NCBI GenBank assembly: GCA_965218695.1
Contig: CBDCLR010000005.1
Location: 1 to 40,092, forward strand
Length of the DNA stretch: 40,092 nt
Direction: 5' to 3'
Source: Nitrosopumilus sp.
GTDB taxonomy: Archaea > Thermoproteota > Nitrososphaeria > Nitrososphaerales > Nitrosopumilaceae
Made by a program: the position numbers and the translations under genes. Position 1 is the first letter of the stretch, and every line of letters starts with the position of its first letter. The notes under the pieces are model-generated. The model was given only the letters and a program-made list of their open reading frames with translations. It was not told the origin of the DNA and made no database searches. This document shows positions 8,959-19,315 of this stretch, one piece after another.

Positions 8959-10185
8959 ATGTACCACAAGCCGAGAATATCCGGGTTCCAGCAGAGCGAG
9001 GTAATTCAGATGAACTTTAAGGAACTGATGCCAGAGATGTCAAAAAGGAACAGGGCCACGCATTATATTCACAGATATCCGGCTAAGCTAATTCCGCACA
9101 TACCAAACTATCTCATCAAAAATTTTTCAAAAGAGGGCGACACCGTTTTGGATCCGTTTTGTGGATCCGGGACGACATTGCTGGAGTCTATCTTATGCTC
9201 TCGAAATGCATTGGGAGTGGAGCTAAATCCAGTTGCAAGATTAGTGGCAAAGGTTAAGATCACTCCCCTAGATGGTGCAGAACTGGCGAGGGCGGTACGA
9301 GAGTTTCGTAAAAAAGCTAATAGCTGTGGATTGGTTGAGCCTCCAGAATTCCCAAATAGGGATCTCTGGTTTTCCCCAGAAGTACAAAATGAGCTAGCCA
9401 AAATAAAGCATACCATAGACAGCATGTATGTTGAACCAAGCATTCGCAATTTTTTATTGGTCTGTTTTTCTGCAATAGTACGAAAAGTTTCAAATGCGGA
9501 TCCTCGAGATATTTATCCACGTTTAACAGAACAACAAACGCAGCCCGATGTGTCAGGAGAATTTTTGAGACAGTTGGACTTTAATGCAAAACGAATAAGC
9601 GAGATTCCAGACTCTGCGAAGGCTAGCCTGATTGGAGACGATGCAAAGAAGATCAGTCTGCAAAGAAAGGTGGATATGGTTGTGACATCTCCCCCATATC
9701 TGTTTGCAATGGAGTATTTTCGGAGCACAAGACTGGAAAATTTCTGGCTAAGTTGGGGTCTCACAGAGCCATATATGAAGCAGGCTAAAAAATCAGTAAA
9801 TGGGGAGCTGAAATCAGGGATAACAAAAAAGATTCAATATACCGAAATTTCGGAGATAGATGACTTTGTGGAAAAGATCTACAAAAGATCCGCGTTGTCG
9901 GGGTTAAGGACAAGCCAATACTTCCATGACATGCAAAGAGTTATGTTCATACTGCACCGCATAGTCGTTTCTGGTGGGTGCTGTGCCATAGTTGTGGGAA
10001 ACAGCAAGGTTCTTGAAAACAGAGTACCACTAAACAGATTTTTGCGCCTTGTAGGAACAGAAGCGGGATTTATCTTTGAGCGGGAAATACAAGATGCGAT
10101 AAAATCTCACCGCCTAATGATCAAGAGAAGCAACAAAACAAGTATGATTTATAACGAACACATAGTGCTGTTAACAAAGCCATGA
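8959..10185 (+). CDS. DNA methyltransferase, SPPY type (probable N4-cytosine, alpha motif order)
   Basis: HRYPAKLIP, DPFCGSGTT (motif I), TSPPY (motif IV), IVVGNS, EHIVLL; start uncertain (8878, 8959 or 9010). Confidence 0.92.
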   Translation: MYHKPRISGFQQSEVIQMNFKELMPEMSKRNRATHYIHRYPAKLIPHIPNYLIKNFSKEGDTVLDPFCGSGTTLLESILCSRNALGVELNPVARLVAKVKITPLDGAELARAVREFRKKANSCGLVEPPEFPNRDLWFSPEVQNELAKIKHTIDSMYVEPSIRNFLLVCFSAIVRKVSNADPRDIYPRLTEQQTQPDVSGEFLRQLDFNAKRISEIPDSAKASLIGDDAKKISLQRKVDMVVTSPPYLFAMEYFRSTRLENFWLSWGLTEPYMKQAKKSVNGELKSGITKKIQYTEISEIDDFVEKIYKRSALSGLRTSQYFHDMQRVMFILHRIVVSGGCCAIVVGNSKVLENRVPLNRFLRLVGTEAGFIFEREIQDAIKSHRLMIKRSNKTSMIYNEHIVLLTKP

Positions 10186-11156
10186 TGAAGCTAGCCTTTG
10201 AGAACACCATCTCTCGCAGTCGGATAGTCGAGTTGGCAAAGCAGGCAGACGACAAGATTCATGTTCGGGGTTACCATCCCCGATATAATGTTCCAGCACA
10301 CCTCCGAAACACCGAATGGCTTCTTCCCTTTAGCGAGATTCCCATAAAGTACTGCCCCACTGATCGATATTCGTACCTGAACAAATATGAGCGCAGTATC
10401 AAACGTAAGCAATCTTGGGAGGCACTACGGGGCCGCATACTTGACGATTTTTACAGCAAATTCATCGGTGAGCTTTGCAGGTATCTCGATACCGCAAGAC
10501 TTGCTAGTGTAAATATCATTAACGGACTCCAAGAATTCAGCGACGAGTTTTTGTCATACTCCAAATCAATAATTGCCGAAAAAAGAGCCGAACTGTTGAA
10601 TCCTCCAAAGAATTCTGACATTAAAGAGCTGGAACAGTTAATTGAGAGGACATCAAGATACGAGATAGAGCTAGCAAGTGCACTTCTGGACTATAAAATA
10701 TCTGTAACCGATAGCCCAAATATCAAATCAATCTCAGCGATATTGTTTCCGTTTGTGGCCAAACCTTCTTACACGGTCGGATCGTTTGGGATATCGTCAA
10801 CGGCGCAGCCGGACTTCCTGTTTGACAACAAAATTATCATTGATGTCAAATCTCCACCATGGAATGATGATTTTTTGTGTACGCTTGGCGGCTACGCGCT
10901 AGTCCACGAAAAAATGACCGGAAAGTCGATGGATTTGGGAATGATCATCACTCCTGAATACCGTGGAGGAAGAAACGTTCCCCTTCTCTTCAAGTCAGAG
11001 ATTATCTTGATCGAGGACGTATACAGAAAGAGGTTTCTTTTGCGACGCGATAAATTGTTGGAAATGATGAAACAGTTTGATGATCCTAGGACTCCCAGCA
11101 CCGACTCAGAGTGCAAGTCGTGCGGATATTACAACTACTGCTGGCCAAACCCATGA
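10182..11156 (+). CDS. Csa1/Cas4-like PD-(D/E)xK nuclease with four-Cys Fe-S motif
   Basis: RGYHP..., SEIPIKYCPTDRYSYL, QPDF...IDVK, LGGYALVHE, IEDVYRKRFLLRRD, DP...CKSCGYYNYC follow the Csa1 (type I-A Cas4-like) layout; ATGA overlap with the MTase. Confidence 0.8.
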   Translation: MMKLAFENTISRSRIVELAKQADDKIHVRGYHPRYNVPAHLRNTEWLLPFSEIPIKYCPTDRYSYLNKYERSIKRKQSWEALRGRILDDFYSKFIGELCRYLDTARLASVNIINGLQEFSDEFLSYSKSIIAEKRAELLNPPKNSDIKELEQLIERTSRYEIELASALLDYKISVTDSPNIKSISAILFPFVAKPSYTVGSFGISSTAQPDFLFDNKIIIDVKSPPWNDDFLCTLGGYALVHEKMTGKSMDLGMIITPEYRGGRNVPLLFKSEIILIEDVYRKRFLLRRDKLLEMMKQFDDPRTPSTDSECKSCGYYNYCWPNP

Positions 11157-11971
11157 GCCACATTATAGCCCTGAAGATCTCGCCTGTAGATGTCATGCCA
11201 CTGTTATGCATTATAAAAGACAATGTAGGTGACAGAAAACGGACGGAGAGACTTGTATTAGAGCACTATAAGAAAACTAGCAAGAGTATAACCTCCCCAC
11301 ACCATAATCCATTAAGAACGAGGGTTGTGCATTCGCTACGAAATCTATGGTTATTGCAGAATCAAGGATCGGATATTGAACTGACTCCAGAGGGAATGTA
11401 TCTCTGTTGTTTTTCTAGCAATCTGGAAAGATCCAAAAAAGAGCTAGCAAGGATAATCCTCCGTATTGATAGCGAAAAATGCCACATAATAGATCTCATC
11501 AAAGGAATGAGCAGGAATGCAAGATATGAGGACATGGTATGTGGACTGGAAAAGGTGGGTGTTACAGTCAAAAAGACAGACGACAAACTACGTCGCTGGC
11601 TGCAATTTTTGACATATTGTGAAATCGTTCAGTACACTCAGCCATTCTACAGACTTAACTCCGGAGTGATTGAGGCACTAGAGTTAGAGCCACAGCACAT
11701 ATCACTAGTACAGTTTGAGGAGACCCTTTATGAGGAATACGACACGATCAAAAAAACAAGGGGAGCATATGTTCCAATACCTGAAATCAAACAGGCAGTC
11801 TCCAAAAGACTCAAAAACAAAGGATTTGTGCCGCTTGACTTTCGAGACCGTTTGTTAACGGCAATTCAAGAAAGTCCCCGCAGAAGGATCGTCCTAACCG
11901 AGACAGGAATAAGACAAACAGGAGGGATATTTCATGATAAGACTTATTACTACTTTATAGTAATTCACTGA
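11153..11971 (+). CDS. Hypothetical protein, probable tandem winged-helix DNA-binding domains
   Basis: Start MSHIIALK overlaps the upstream stop (ATGA); wHTH-like segments SLRNLWLL...IELTPEG and LRRWLQFLTYCEIV. Confidence 0.75.
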   Translation: MSHIIALKISPVDVMPLLCIIKDNVGDRKRTERLVLEHYKKTSKSITSPHHNPLRTRVVHSLRNLWLLQNQGSDIELTPEGMYLCCFSSNLERSKKELARIILRIDSEKCHIIDLIKGMSRNARYEDMVCGLEKVGVTVKKTDDKLRRWLQFLTYCEIVQYTQPFYRLNSGVIEALELEPQHISLVQFEETLYEEYDTIKKTRGAYVPIPEIKQAVSKRLKNKGFVPLDFRDRLLTAIQESPRRRIVLTETGIRQTGGIFHDKTYYYFIVIH

Positions 11972-11974
11972 ATA

Positions 11975-13063
11975 ATGTCAGAGAGCTTTGACTTAAAACA
12001 TGGACTTTTTGACGACCTACTGCATGATTATCCAATGGTGGGAAGAAAGATAGAGTGGGCAGCTATTGAGAATTTTATAAACAAAGAATCGCATGGATGC
12101 AGATCCTTTCTCATAATTGGCGACTATGGCTCCGGAAAGACATTCATGCTTGAGAAGATTCGCCGAGAGTTTAAGAACAAAACGTTCAAGCAGGCAGAAA
12201 AGAGTTTGGTAGCTACAATGCGCTTGGTTGAAGGTGAGGCGGAAACAAAGATCGCTCGCTCCATCATAATTAGGATCTTCGAAAGCATAGGATATAGCCG
12301 AATTCACAACATTGCAAACCGGACACGTATACTGGATGAACGGCAGCTGGATGCAAACTTCCAGAAGATCATCAGGGGCATACAAGACAAAAAACGAATA
12401 GCGTATGATTGGCTATGCGGATATTCACTATCAACAAAAGATAAAAACATTCTAGGAGTGTCTAATAATCTGGCAACTAATAAGGACGCTACACGTACGT
12501 TCTATAACTTTCTCAAGTTTCTCAAGTCTGTAGAAATTGAAAATGTATATCTTTTGATCGAGGAGTTTGAGTATGTTGTTACAGTCTACAACCAAAAACA
12601 GGTAGATGCAATACTTTATTTTTTCAAGGATGTTTATGACAAGTATGGCGAATCGCCCAATACCATGGCAAAGATAACATTTATCATTGCCACCACCCCT
12701 GCCGGTTGGGGATTTTTAAACAACATGGGGGATAGAAGAGCAGGAGGTGGCGGAGTAGTTCCATGGATGCAGAGGATGAATCCGAGAGTTAACAGTGTAG
12801 AGTTGGTATCCCTTTCAGAAGACGAGACAGAGCAGTTATTACTACAAAGAATACGACAAAACAGAATTGAGCATGCAGATAACCTACCCAATGAGTCATG
12901 GCCGTTTACGCGTCCAGAGTTTTTCAAGATCATCTATGAAAAAGGGAAGGGAATCCCAAGAAAATGCTTGAAATATTGTGACTATGTGTTCGACTGCGGA
13001 ATACGCGATAACATCGCGGAGTTTGACGGTAGCTACACCAAAGCAATTCTTGAAAAAATCTAG
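11975..13063 (+). CDS. P-loop/AAA+ ATPase, DUF2791/BrxD-like
   Basis: Walker A GDYGSGKT, variant Walker B YLLIEEFE, C-terminal WPF...GIPR lid; starts 3 nt after the previous stop. Confidence 0.85.
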   Translation: MSESFDLKHGLFDDLLHDYPMVGRKIEWAAIENFINKESHGCRSFLIIGDYGSGKTFMLEKIRREFKNKTFKQAEKSLVATMRLVEGEAETKIARSIIIRIFESIGYSRIHNIANRTRILDERQLDANFQKIIRGIQDKKRIAYDWLCGYSLSTKDKNILGVSNNLATNKDATRTFYNFLKFLKSVEIENVYLLIEEFEYVVTVYNQKQVDAILYFFKDVYDKYGESPNTMAKITFIIATTPAGWGFLNNMGDRRAGGGGVVPWMQRMNPRVNSVELVSLSEDETEQLLLQRIRQNRIEHADNLPNESWPFTRPEFFKIIYEKGKGIPRKCLKYCDYVFDCGIRDNIAEFDGSYTKAILEKI

Positions 13064-13127
13064 TATCCTATAGTGACGAACCAAAGTTTGCTCTAGATCA
13101 GACACATCAAACTGTAGCGACACGCCA

Positions 13128-13260
13128 AAGACCCTATGCAAAATTTTAACGGTAACGGACGCTATACCGCTACCTATGACTGACCTGAGAGTCGACGATA
13201 TCTTGCTCCGGTGTGGTTCTGTGCGACCGTCCCTTCAACAGGGCGGTAGCCACACCCGGA
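13128..13260 (+). repeat. Dispersed repeat family C (IS-end-like), copy 1
   Basis: aagaccctatgcaaaattttaacgg...gtcgac...ggttctgtgcgaccgtcccttcaacagggcg; direct match to 28271-28408 and inverted match to 27241-27336. Confidence 0.85.
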
Positions 13261-13644
13261 GCTGATTGCCACGGTGCGATTGCCATGCCGCTCCCATACA
13301 GCTGTTTCCGGTCCAAGAAACCATGCCACTGTCCGTACCCCGACACCTTCCAAGGGAATCCATATTCCGATAATTTGCCAGCCTCCGGCAAATTACGCAT
13401 AGTCGTGTCCATGGAAATCCGATCACTCTCAACCAGCAATCCTGCAAGCTGTTGAATTTCGCTAAAACTCGATGCCATTGCCTGACTCGGGTTGCAAACT
13501 ATACAGCTGGTCAAACCGAAACACAAAGATCACGCATTGATTGCAGGTACCTCAATGGCGCCTCATATCGGGAAGAGACACGATGGAACCACGCACGTCA
13601 GGTCTGGGGACGGATCCAGGAAGCTCCCGGCCGGATCCGGTTTC

Positions 13645-13945
13645 ATGCCACAGTAGGATTGAAGAGGCTGATCAAAATGGCCGTGAGAGGGAAGGGGGGT
13701 GTGGAAAAGCCCAGACTGCTGGCCGCCCGCATGAGAAAGGAGGGCAAAAGCATTCGCCAGATAGCCAGGACTCTGTGCAAGCCCTATTCCACCGTGCACG
13801 ACTGGCTGGTTCGAATGCACAGGCGCGGATCGAAGGGTCGGTTCGACAAGAAGCGCAGGGGCGAGAAGAGACTGCTCAGCAACGGCTGCCTCAAGAGGCT
13901 AAGGAGACTGCTGTACGAGGATCCGCAGGAACACGGATTTGAGCC
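13645..13945 (+). pseudogene. IS630 transposase 5' remnant (HTH only)
   Basis: RKEGKSIRQIARTLCKPYSTVHDWLVRMH...RFDKKR is homologous to the copy at 2670; no DDE domain follows. Confidence 0.85.
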
Positions 13946-14077
13946 AAAATCGGTCCTCGTGCGCCCGATCCGACCCGATCCGGTGACGGCAATCACTCGG
14001 AACCAGCGCGTGGCAGGACCGCCCGCATGGAACCAAGACACGACAGAGTAATATTGGTGGAAGCTCCCGAAATAACC

Positions 14078-14368
14078 ATGAAGATTCTCCTAGATCAGAT
14101 GTCTAACGGCTGGTATGACAGGCTCCGGCATATTGGGCATGACGTATACAGAGTAACGGAGTTGCGCGACCAAGGACACGACCTACAGGATGATGCCTCC
14201 ATAGGCGACTATGCTAAGGGGAACGGCATGGTCTTAGTCACGAGAGACAACAAATTTGCCAAGTACTGCAAGGCTATGGACATCCAACACATACATCTAG
14301 ACGATGACGATCTCTTCAAGATCCTCCGGCAGAAACTCGACGAATACGGCGGCTCCACGGAAGACTGA
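14078..14368 (+). CDS. DUF5615/VapC45-like PIN-domain protein
   Basis: MKILLDQM...GHDV...DDASIGDYAK...VLVTRDNKF; AT-rich TAATATT about 25-30 nt upstream of ATG 14078. Confidence 0.85.
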   Translation: MKILLDQMSNGWYDRLRHIGHDVYRVTELRDQGHDLQDDASIGDYAKGNGMVLVTRDNKFAKYCKAMDIQHIHLDDDDLFKILRQKLDEYGGSTED

Positions 14369-14760
14369 CGCGCTTGAGCTGCCCTCGCTCCATTTAGTGT
14401 AGTGCCTTCCACCTCCATAACCTGCCACTGAAGATATCTGGCCGACCCTTCCGGCGGGTTGCTGCTGACTGGAATCGGAAGTCTCTGCCGCTGCTCATCC
14501 CTCCTCATGGAGCCCACTTCCGGAATCGTTCGGATCAGCCTGCCAGCTGGGCCATCCTGCCACGTTCTGCACCCCTGTGACTCATGGATGGCCCCCGTAC
14601 GGTTCGTTCCGGCGGACGGCAAACACCAGCGCCAAAGTTCCGGCAAATACTGAGATTATCAGTCTACATATAGGGAAAGAAGCCGCCTTCTCTAAATCTA
14701 CTTTTGTAGTGCTGTTATGCAACATAAGATTTTTAGCAGCTGCCTAATCTACCGCTAGGC

Positions 14761-15552
14761 ATGGCACGGAAGTATTTTTCCCAGCGGGGAAGCGGAACAC
14801 CAACCATCACTATACCTGACTTCGCATATAGGTTTTATAGCATTCTTGAGAGTTTTATAGCAGATCGCTACTTTGAAAAGTTAGAGATGCATAATCTGCA
14901 TCTAGGCTACATAAGCAATAAGTTAAGAAGAAAACTATCAATCGCATTTGGTGCTGAAAGTACTAACATGATACCAACCTGTGACAACATAAGAAACATG
15001 AGCCGCAGCTCACTTTTTGACCTGATTGAGTTTTTGTCAGAATATGTTTCAAAATCCCGCGACGCAGGTCGGTATAATGTTATGTTAGGTCATTCCACCC
15101 CGGCTCAAAGAGGACGGAGAGCGTGGAGCAGATCTGTCAACGAATATCTTGCGTTGTTAGATCCTCCCGTCCACCTAACACCAAGTCTAGAGATAGAAGC
15201 CCTGTCTTCATCGGAAGGGCTTCGGCAGTTGGTAAACAACCATGCTAGTCCATCCAGCGATACACAAGAAAAAGTAGACCATGCTTGTAGGCTGTTTCTA
15301 AAACACGATGCTACCGTACACGACAAACACAGTGCATTAGTAGATTTGATTGGCGTTCTAGAACCACTAAGAAGTGAGATGAAAGCACGTATTGGCAAGC
15401 GGGAATCAGACAAATTGTTTGATATTGCAAATAGTTACGGAATACGGCATCGGGGCCAAACCCAAGAAGAGCTAGACGAGAACTACATGCAGTGGTATTT
15501 CTATTCCACCTTGTCAACAATAGATCTTATGGCCAAATTGAACAAACAGTGA
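14761..15552 (+). CDS. AbiJ-like protein with C-terminal HEPN-type domain
   Basis: YFSQR N-terminus, FDLIEFL, LIGVLEPLR, ANSYGIRH motif; AT-richer than the host background. Confidence 0.65.
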   Translation: MARKYFSQRGSGTPTITIPDFAYRFYSILESFIADRYFEKLEMHNLHLGYISNKLRRKLSIAFGAESTNMIPTCDNIRNMSRSSLFDLIEFLSEYVSKSRDAGRYNVMLGHSTPAQRGRRAWSRSVNEYLALLDPPVHLTPSLEIEALSSSEGLRQLVNNHASPSSDTQEKVDHACRLFLKHDATVHDKHSALVDLIGVLEPLRSEMKARIGKRESDKLFDIANSYGIRHRGQTQEELDENYMQWYFYSTLSTIDLMAKLNKQ

Positions 15553-16047
15553 TCTGCCAATCCAGCCTCTGACTTACTGATACGGCGATCACATGTAAAT
15601 CTCCTAGCCCCGTAGTAATAGTGCTGTCCGACTCCGGGCGCATCATGACCCTAGTGGCCTTTATGGCGAATAGAGCGATCCGAGATGCGGCGATAGTGAG
15701 AACGGATGCAGTTGTGGTGGATCCTTATGCCGAGTATGACAGCAAAACAAACGGCAAAAAACAGGCGGTCCCGACAACAAGAACTGGGAATTGAAAAACT
15801 GGGAATCATATACAATGCGTCAGGCACCGATTTCTCATAAAACCATGTATATCGGTACTGTCTACAGCTGAACCTTTGTCAGCGATGGCTCAACACGCGG
15901 CATATGCGCGTCAAACACCTCATAGCAGTATGATATCACGCCGTCCGGAACCCCCTGGCCGTTTGAGTTTAACATATTAATCACGACTGCGAACAAGTCG
16001 CGAAGGGCATTAGGATCTCCTGTTACGCCCTCCCTTCGGCTCTCAAC

Positions 16048-16054
16048 TTAAATA
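16048..16054 (+). promoter_or_regulatory. Archaeal TATA box (TTAAATA)
   Basis: About 25 nt upstream of ATG 16079, consistent with a leaderless transcript. Confidence 0.55.
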
Positions 16055-16078
16055 CAAAACCCCACCTTCAAATTCCGA

Positions 16079-19000
16079 ATGTCAAACAACGCCTCGGTAA
16101 TCGACAACGAAAACGAGAAGCTTCTGAACCATCTGCTGGAGATACTGCCCAACACGAAGAGGGCGTCGTTTGCCATAGGGTACTTCTTCATCTCCGGGTT
16201 TGCCGAGATCATGAACAGTTTGGATTGGATAGAGGCAAGCGATAATGACAACCACGTGATGCGCCTTCTCATATCCCCAACCACAGACCGCCAGACGGCG
16301 GAAGCCCTCCTAGCCGGCAACGCATCCAAGGCCGAGGCGAGAAAGGCGGCGGAAGCCGAGGGTGAGGTGGACGAGGGCAGGATACGCGCTGCCGACGACG
16401 TGAAAGGCATGCTGGAGCACATGCCGCAGACAGAGAGCGACCAGAAGGCCGCCAGAAAGCTCGCTAAACTCATACGGAAGAAAAAAGTCCAGGTAAAGGT
16501 CTACACCAAGGACAGGCTCCACGCAAAGGCGTACATATTTGAGCTTGACAACAAACAGCTCCCACTCATGGCGATCGTCGGTTCCAGCAACCTCTCGCTG
16601 TCGGGCATTAGGGAGCATGCGGAGCTGAACCTGAGGACAAACGACAACAACCAAGCAAGGCAGCTGCTCGAGTGGTTTGATCGCCACTGGAACGACGAGT
16701 CCAGCGTGGAGTTCACAAAGGATGTGGCCGACATACTGGAGGTGTCGTGGGCCGGAAAGGAGCGCACCCCCGACGACATATACCGCAAGGCGGCGCTGCA
16801 CGAGCACGATGACCAGCCCGCCGTTCCCATGCCCGTTCCCGTCAGGGAGCTCTTCGACTTCCAGAAGGCGGCCGTGTACAGGGCCATAAAGAGACTGGAC
16901 GAATACGGTGGCGTGATCATCGCTGATGTGGTGGGCACCGGCAAGTCGTTCATCGGCAGCGCCATCATGAAACACCTCAGGGAGGCGAAACGCTCCAAGC
17001 TGCTCATCATCTGTCCCCCGCACCTAGAAGGCATGTGGAAGGACTACCTGAGGGAGTTTGACATGCCCGGCGAGGTGGTATCCAGGTACAAGATAGGATC
17101 AGAGGACGTGCTGTCAAGGTACACGTACTGCGACGCCATCCTGGTCGACGAGAGCCACAACTTCCGCAACTCCAACACGCAATCCTACGAGGCCCTCGCC
17201 GCCTTCATGGACGAGAAGGTGGACGATGCATACATGGTCATGCTCACCGCGACACCCATATCCAACACACCGACTGACCTCAAGAACCAGCTAAAACTCT
17301 TTCCTGCTGGAAAACTATCAAACATCCCGCCGCTCGGTGACACCGCTCTGGACGAGTACTTCAAGGGCGTGATGGACGGACACGACATCACGGAGAACGG
17401 CACCGAGAAGGTGCGCGAGCTTCTCAGGCACGTGCTCATACGCAGAACCAGGACGCAGATCATGAGAAAGTACGCAAAAAGTGACGGCGAAAGGCACTAC
17501 CTCGAGAAGGACGGCGAAAAGATGTACTTTCCAAAGAGACGCCTGAAGCACCCGGAGGAGTACGACGTCGACATGGTCTACAACAACTCGTTCGAGAAGA
17601 TACAGGACGCCATAGAGAGGCTAAAGCTTGCGCGGTACAATCCTGGCAACTACATCAGGGAGGAGTATCTGGACGAGGCGCACCCCGAATACAAAAGGTA
17701 CGACGGCTTGAAGCGCAGCTCGCTGCCGCTGATAGGCATCGTCAGGACGTCGCTGCTCAAGAGGATGGAAAGCAGCATAGCGGCGTTTGCCGACAGCGTG
17801 CAGCGGTACCGCAAGGGATACGGGGAATTTCGCGGCATGCTGGAGCGCGGGACCGTCCCAATAGGAAAGGAGTTCCATGATGAGATATACCGGAAGATCT
17901 CGTCTGATTCTGACGACTACGACCAAAGGAGGCTTGACATGATAAAGCCGATCTACGACATAGGGGCGTTTGATGTGGACATGTGGAAAGCCGACATGTC
18001 ACATGATGAACGCCTGTTCAAGACAATATGGGGATATATCGAAAAGAGCGAGTATCCCGGATACGACGACAAGCTGCACAAGCTCATGGATTTGGTGAGG
18101 GGAATGCGGTCAGAAAAGATACTGATCTTTACCGAGTCGTCCGTAACCGCGCGGTACATCCACAAAAATTTGAAGGCCGCCTTTGGCAACAGGCAAATGG
18201 AGCAGATAGACTCCACTGTCAGGCATGAGGCAAAGAGCACGGCTGTGAAACGGTTCGACCCGCGCAACAACAACTATGACTTACGGCCTGGGGAGGAGAT
18301 TGACATCCTGATTAGCACGGACGTTCTATCCGAGGGTGTCAACATGCAGGCCGGCAGGGTGGTAATCAACTACGATTTCCACTGGAATCCCGTGAAGCTC
18401 ATCCAGAGGGTCGGCAGGATCGATAGGATGGGCTCCGGGCACGACACGATAGACGTGATCAACTTCCTTCCGACCACCAAGATCGAGAGGGAGATATCGC
18501 TGAAGGACAGGGTGGCGTCCAAGATAGAGACGATCAGGAGGATTATCGGGCACGACCAGAAGATACTCGAATCCACGGAGGTCATAGATACCGAGGCCGT
18601 CACCGACATATACGGCGGCGACGAGAGCGTGCTGGACAGCGGGGACGACGGCATACTCAACACCGACACCGAGTCGGAGAGGCAGGCCGATGACATCAGG
18701 GGGAACGAGGACGAGCTTGCACGCGTGAGCGGCATGCCGTTTGGCATCAGGAGTTCTGCGGGCAGCGGGAAACTCCTGATAGCGTGCGAGGCCAACGAAG
18801 AGATTGTCAGGGACGGAAACGAGGTTGTGGCGGCGCGCTCATTCAGGCGGCACTACGAGGTGACGGCCGGCGGGTGCAGGCGCATACTCCCGCTTCACTT
18901 TTTGAAGATGCTGGGGAGTCATGCTAGGGACACGCCATCAGGGGCCGGGCCGGAATACAACGGGATGGTCAGGACGGCGTGGGGCGCCTTTGACAGGGAC

Positions 19001-19315
19001 TCGAAGAACTTTGCGGCCCACACAAGACATCTCAAGTACCAGCGGTACTTTGATGACAAGCTGGTGCGGGTCTCCGACCACGGCCTGCAAACAAGGGCCA
19101 GGCGGCTCCTGCCTTTCATGCGGGAGAGGATGCTGACGAACCACCAGCCATACCGAAAGATTGTCGCCCTCGGCAAGGAGATGGATCGTGACGCGCACTT
19201 CAACGATGAAAAGATGGTATCAGGACTGGAGGCGATCAGCGAGAGCCACAAACATGAGTACAAGAGAAGGATAAGCAAGCCAAGGATACTCTACAGCGCG
19301 ACGGTGGACGAATGA
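16079..19315 (+). CDS. PLD-family nuclease fused to SNF2/SF2 helicase
   Basis: HAKAYI...GSSNLS (PLD/HKD nuclease); DVVGTGKS, DESH, LTATP, SEGVNMQ, QRVGRIDR helicase motifs. Confidence 0.92.
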   Translation: MSNNASVIDNENEKLLNHLLEILPNTKRASFAIGYFFISGFAEIMNSLDWIEASDNDNHVMRLLISPTTDRQTAEALLAGNASKAEARKAAEAEGEVDEGRIRAADDVKGMLEHMPQTESDQKAARKLAKLIRKKKVQVKVYTKDRLHAKAYIFELDNKQLPLMAIVGSSNLSLSGIREHAELNLRTNDNNQARQLLEWFDRHWNDESSVEFTKDVADILEVSWAGKERTPDDIYRKAALHEHDDQPAVPMPVPVRELFDFQKAAVYRAIKRLDEYGGVIIADVVGTGKSFIGSAIMKHLREAKRSKLLIICPPHLEGMWKDYLREFDMPGEVVSRYKIGSEDVLSRYTYCDAILVDESHNFRNSNTQSYEALAAFMDEKVDDAYMVMLTATPISNTPTDLKNQLKLFPAGKLSNIPPLGDTALDEYFKGVMDGHDITENGTEKVRELLRHVLIRRTRTQIMRKYAKSDGERHYLEKDGEKMYFPKRRLKHPEEYDVDMVYNNSFEKIQDAIERLKLARYNPGNYIREEYLDEAHPEYKRYDGLKRSSLPLIGIVRTSLLKRMESSIAAFADSVQRYRKGYGEFRGMLERGTVPIGKEFHDEIYRKISSDSDDYDQRRLDMIKPIYDIGAFDVDMWKADMSHDERLFKTIWGYIEKSEYPGYDDKLHKLMDLVRGMRSEKILIFTESSVTARYIHKNLKAAFGNRQMEQIDSTVRHEAKSTAVKRFDPRNNNYDLRPGEEIDILISTDVLSEGVNMQAGRVVINYDFHWNPVKLIQRVGRIDRMGSGHDTIDVINFLPTTKIEREISLKDRVASKIETIRRIIGHDQKILESTEVIDTEAVTDIYGGDESVLDSGDDGILNTDTESERQADDIRGNEDELARVSGMPFGIRSSAGSGKLLIACEANEEIVRDGNEVVAARSFRRHYEVTAGGCRRILPLHFLKMLGSHARDTPSGAGPEYNGMVRTAWGAFDRDSKNFAAHTRHLKYQRYFDDKLVRVSDHGLQTRARRLLPFMRERMLTNHQPYRKIVALGKEMDRDAHFNDEKMVSGLEAISESHKHEYKRRISKPRILYSATVDE

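Noticed and set aside
8959-13063. BREX system
   Set aside because: The ATPase is BrxD-like but there is no PglZ, PglX-type MTase or BrxC; the MTase is a small SPPY enzyme
8700-13500. CRISPR-Cas locus or casposon suggested by the Csa1/Cas4-like gene
   Set aside because: No cas1/cas2, effector cas genes, PolB, or repeat-spacer array in the window
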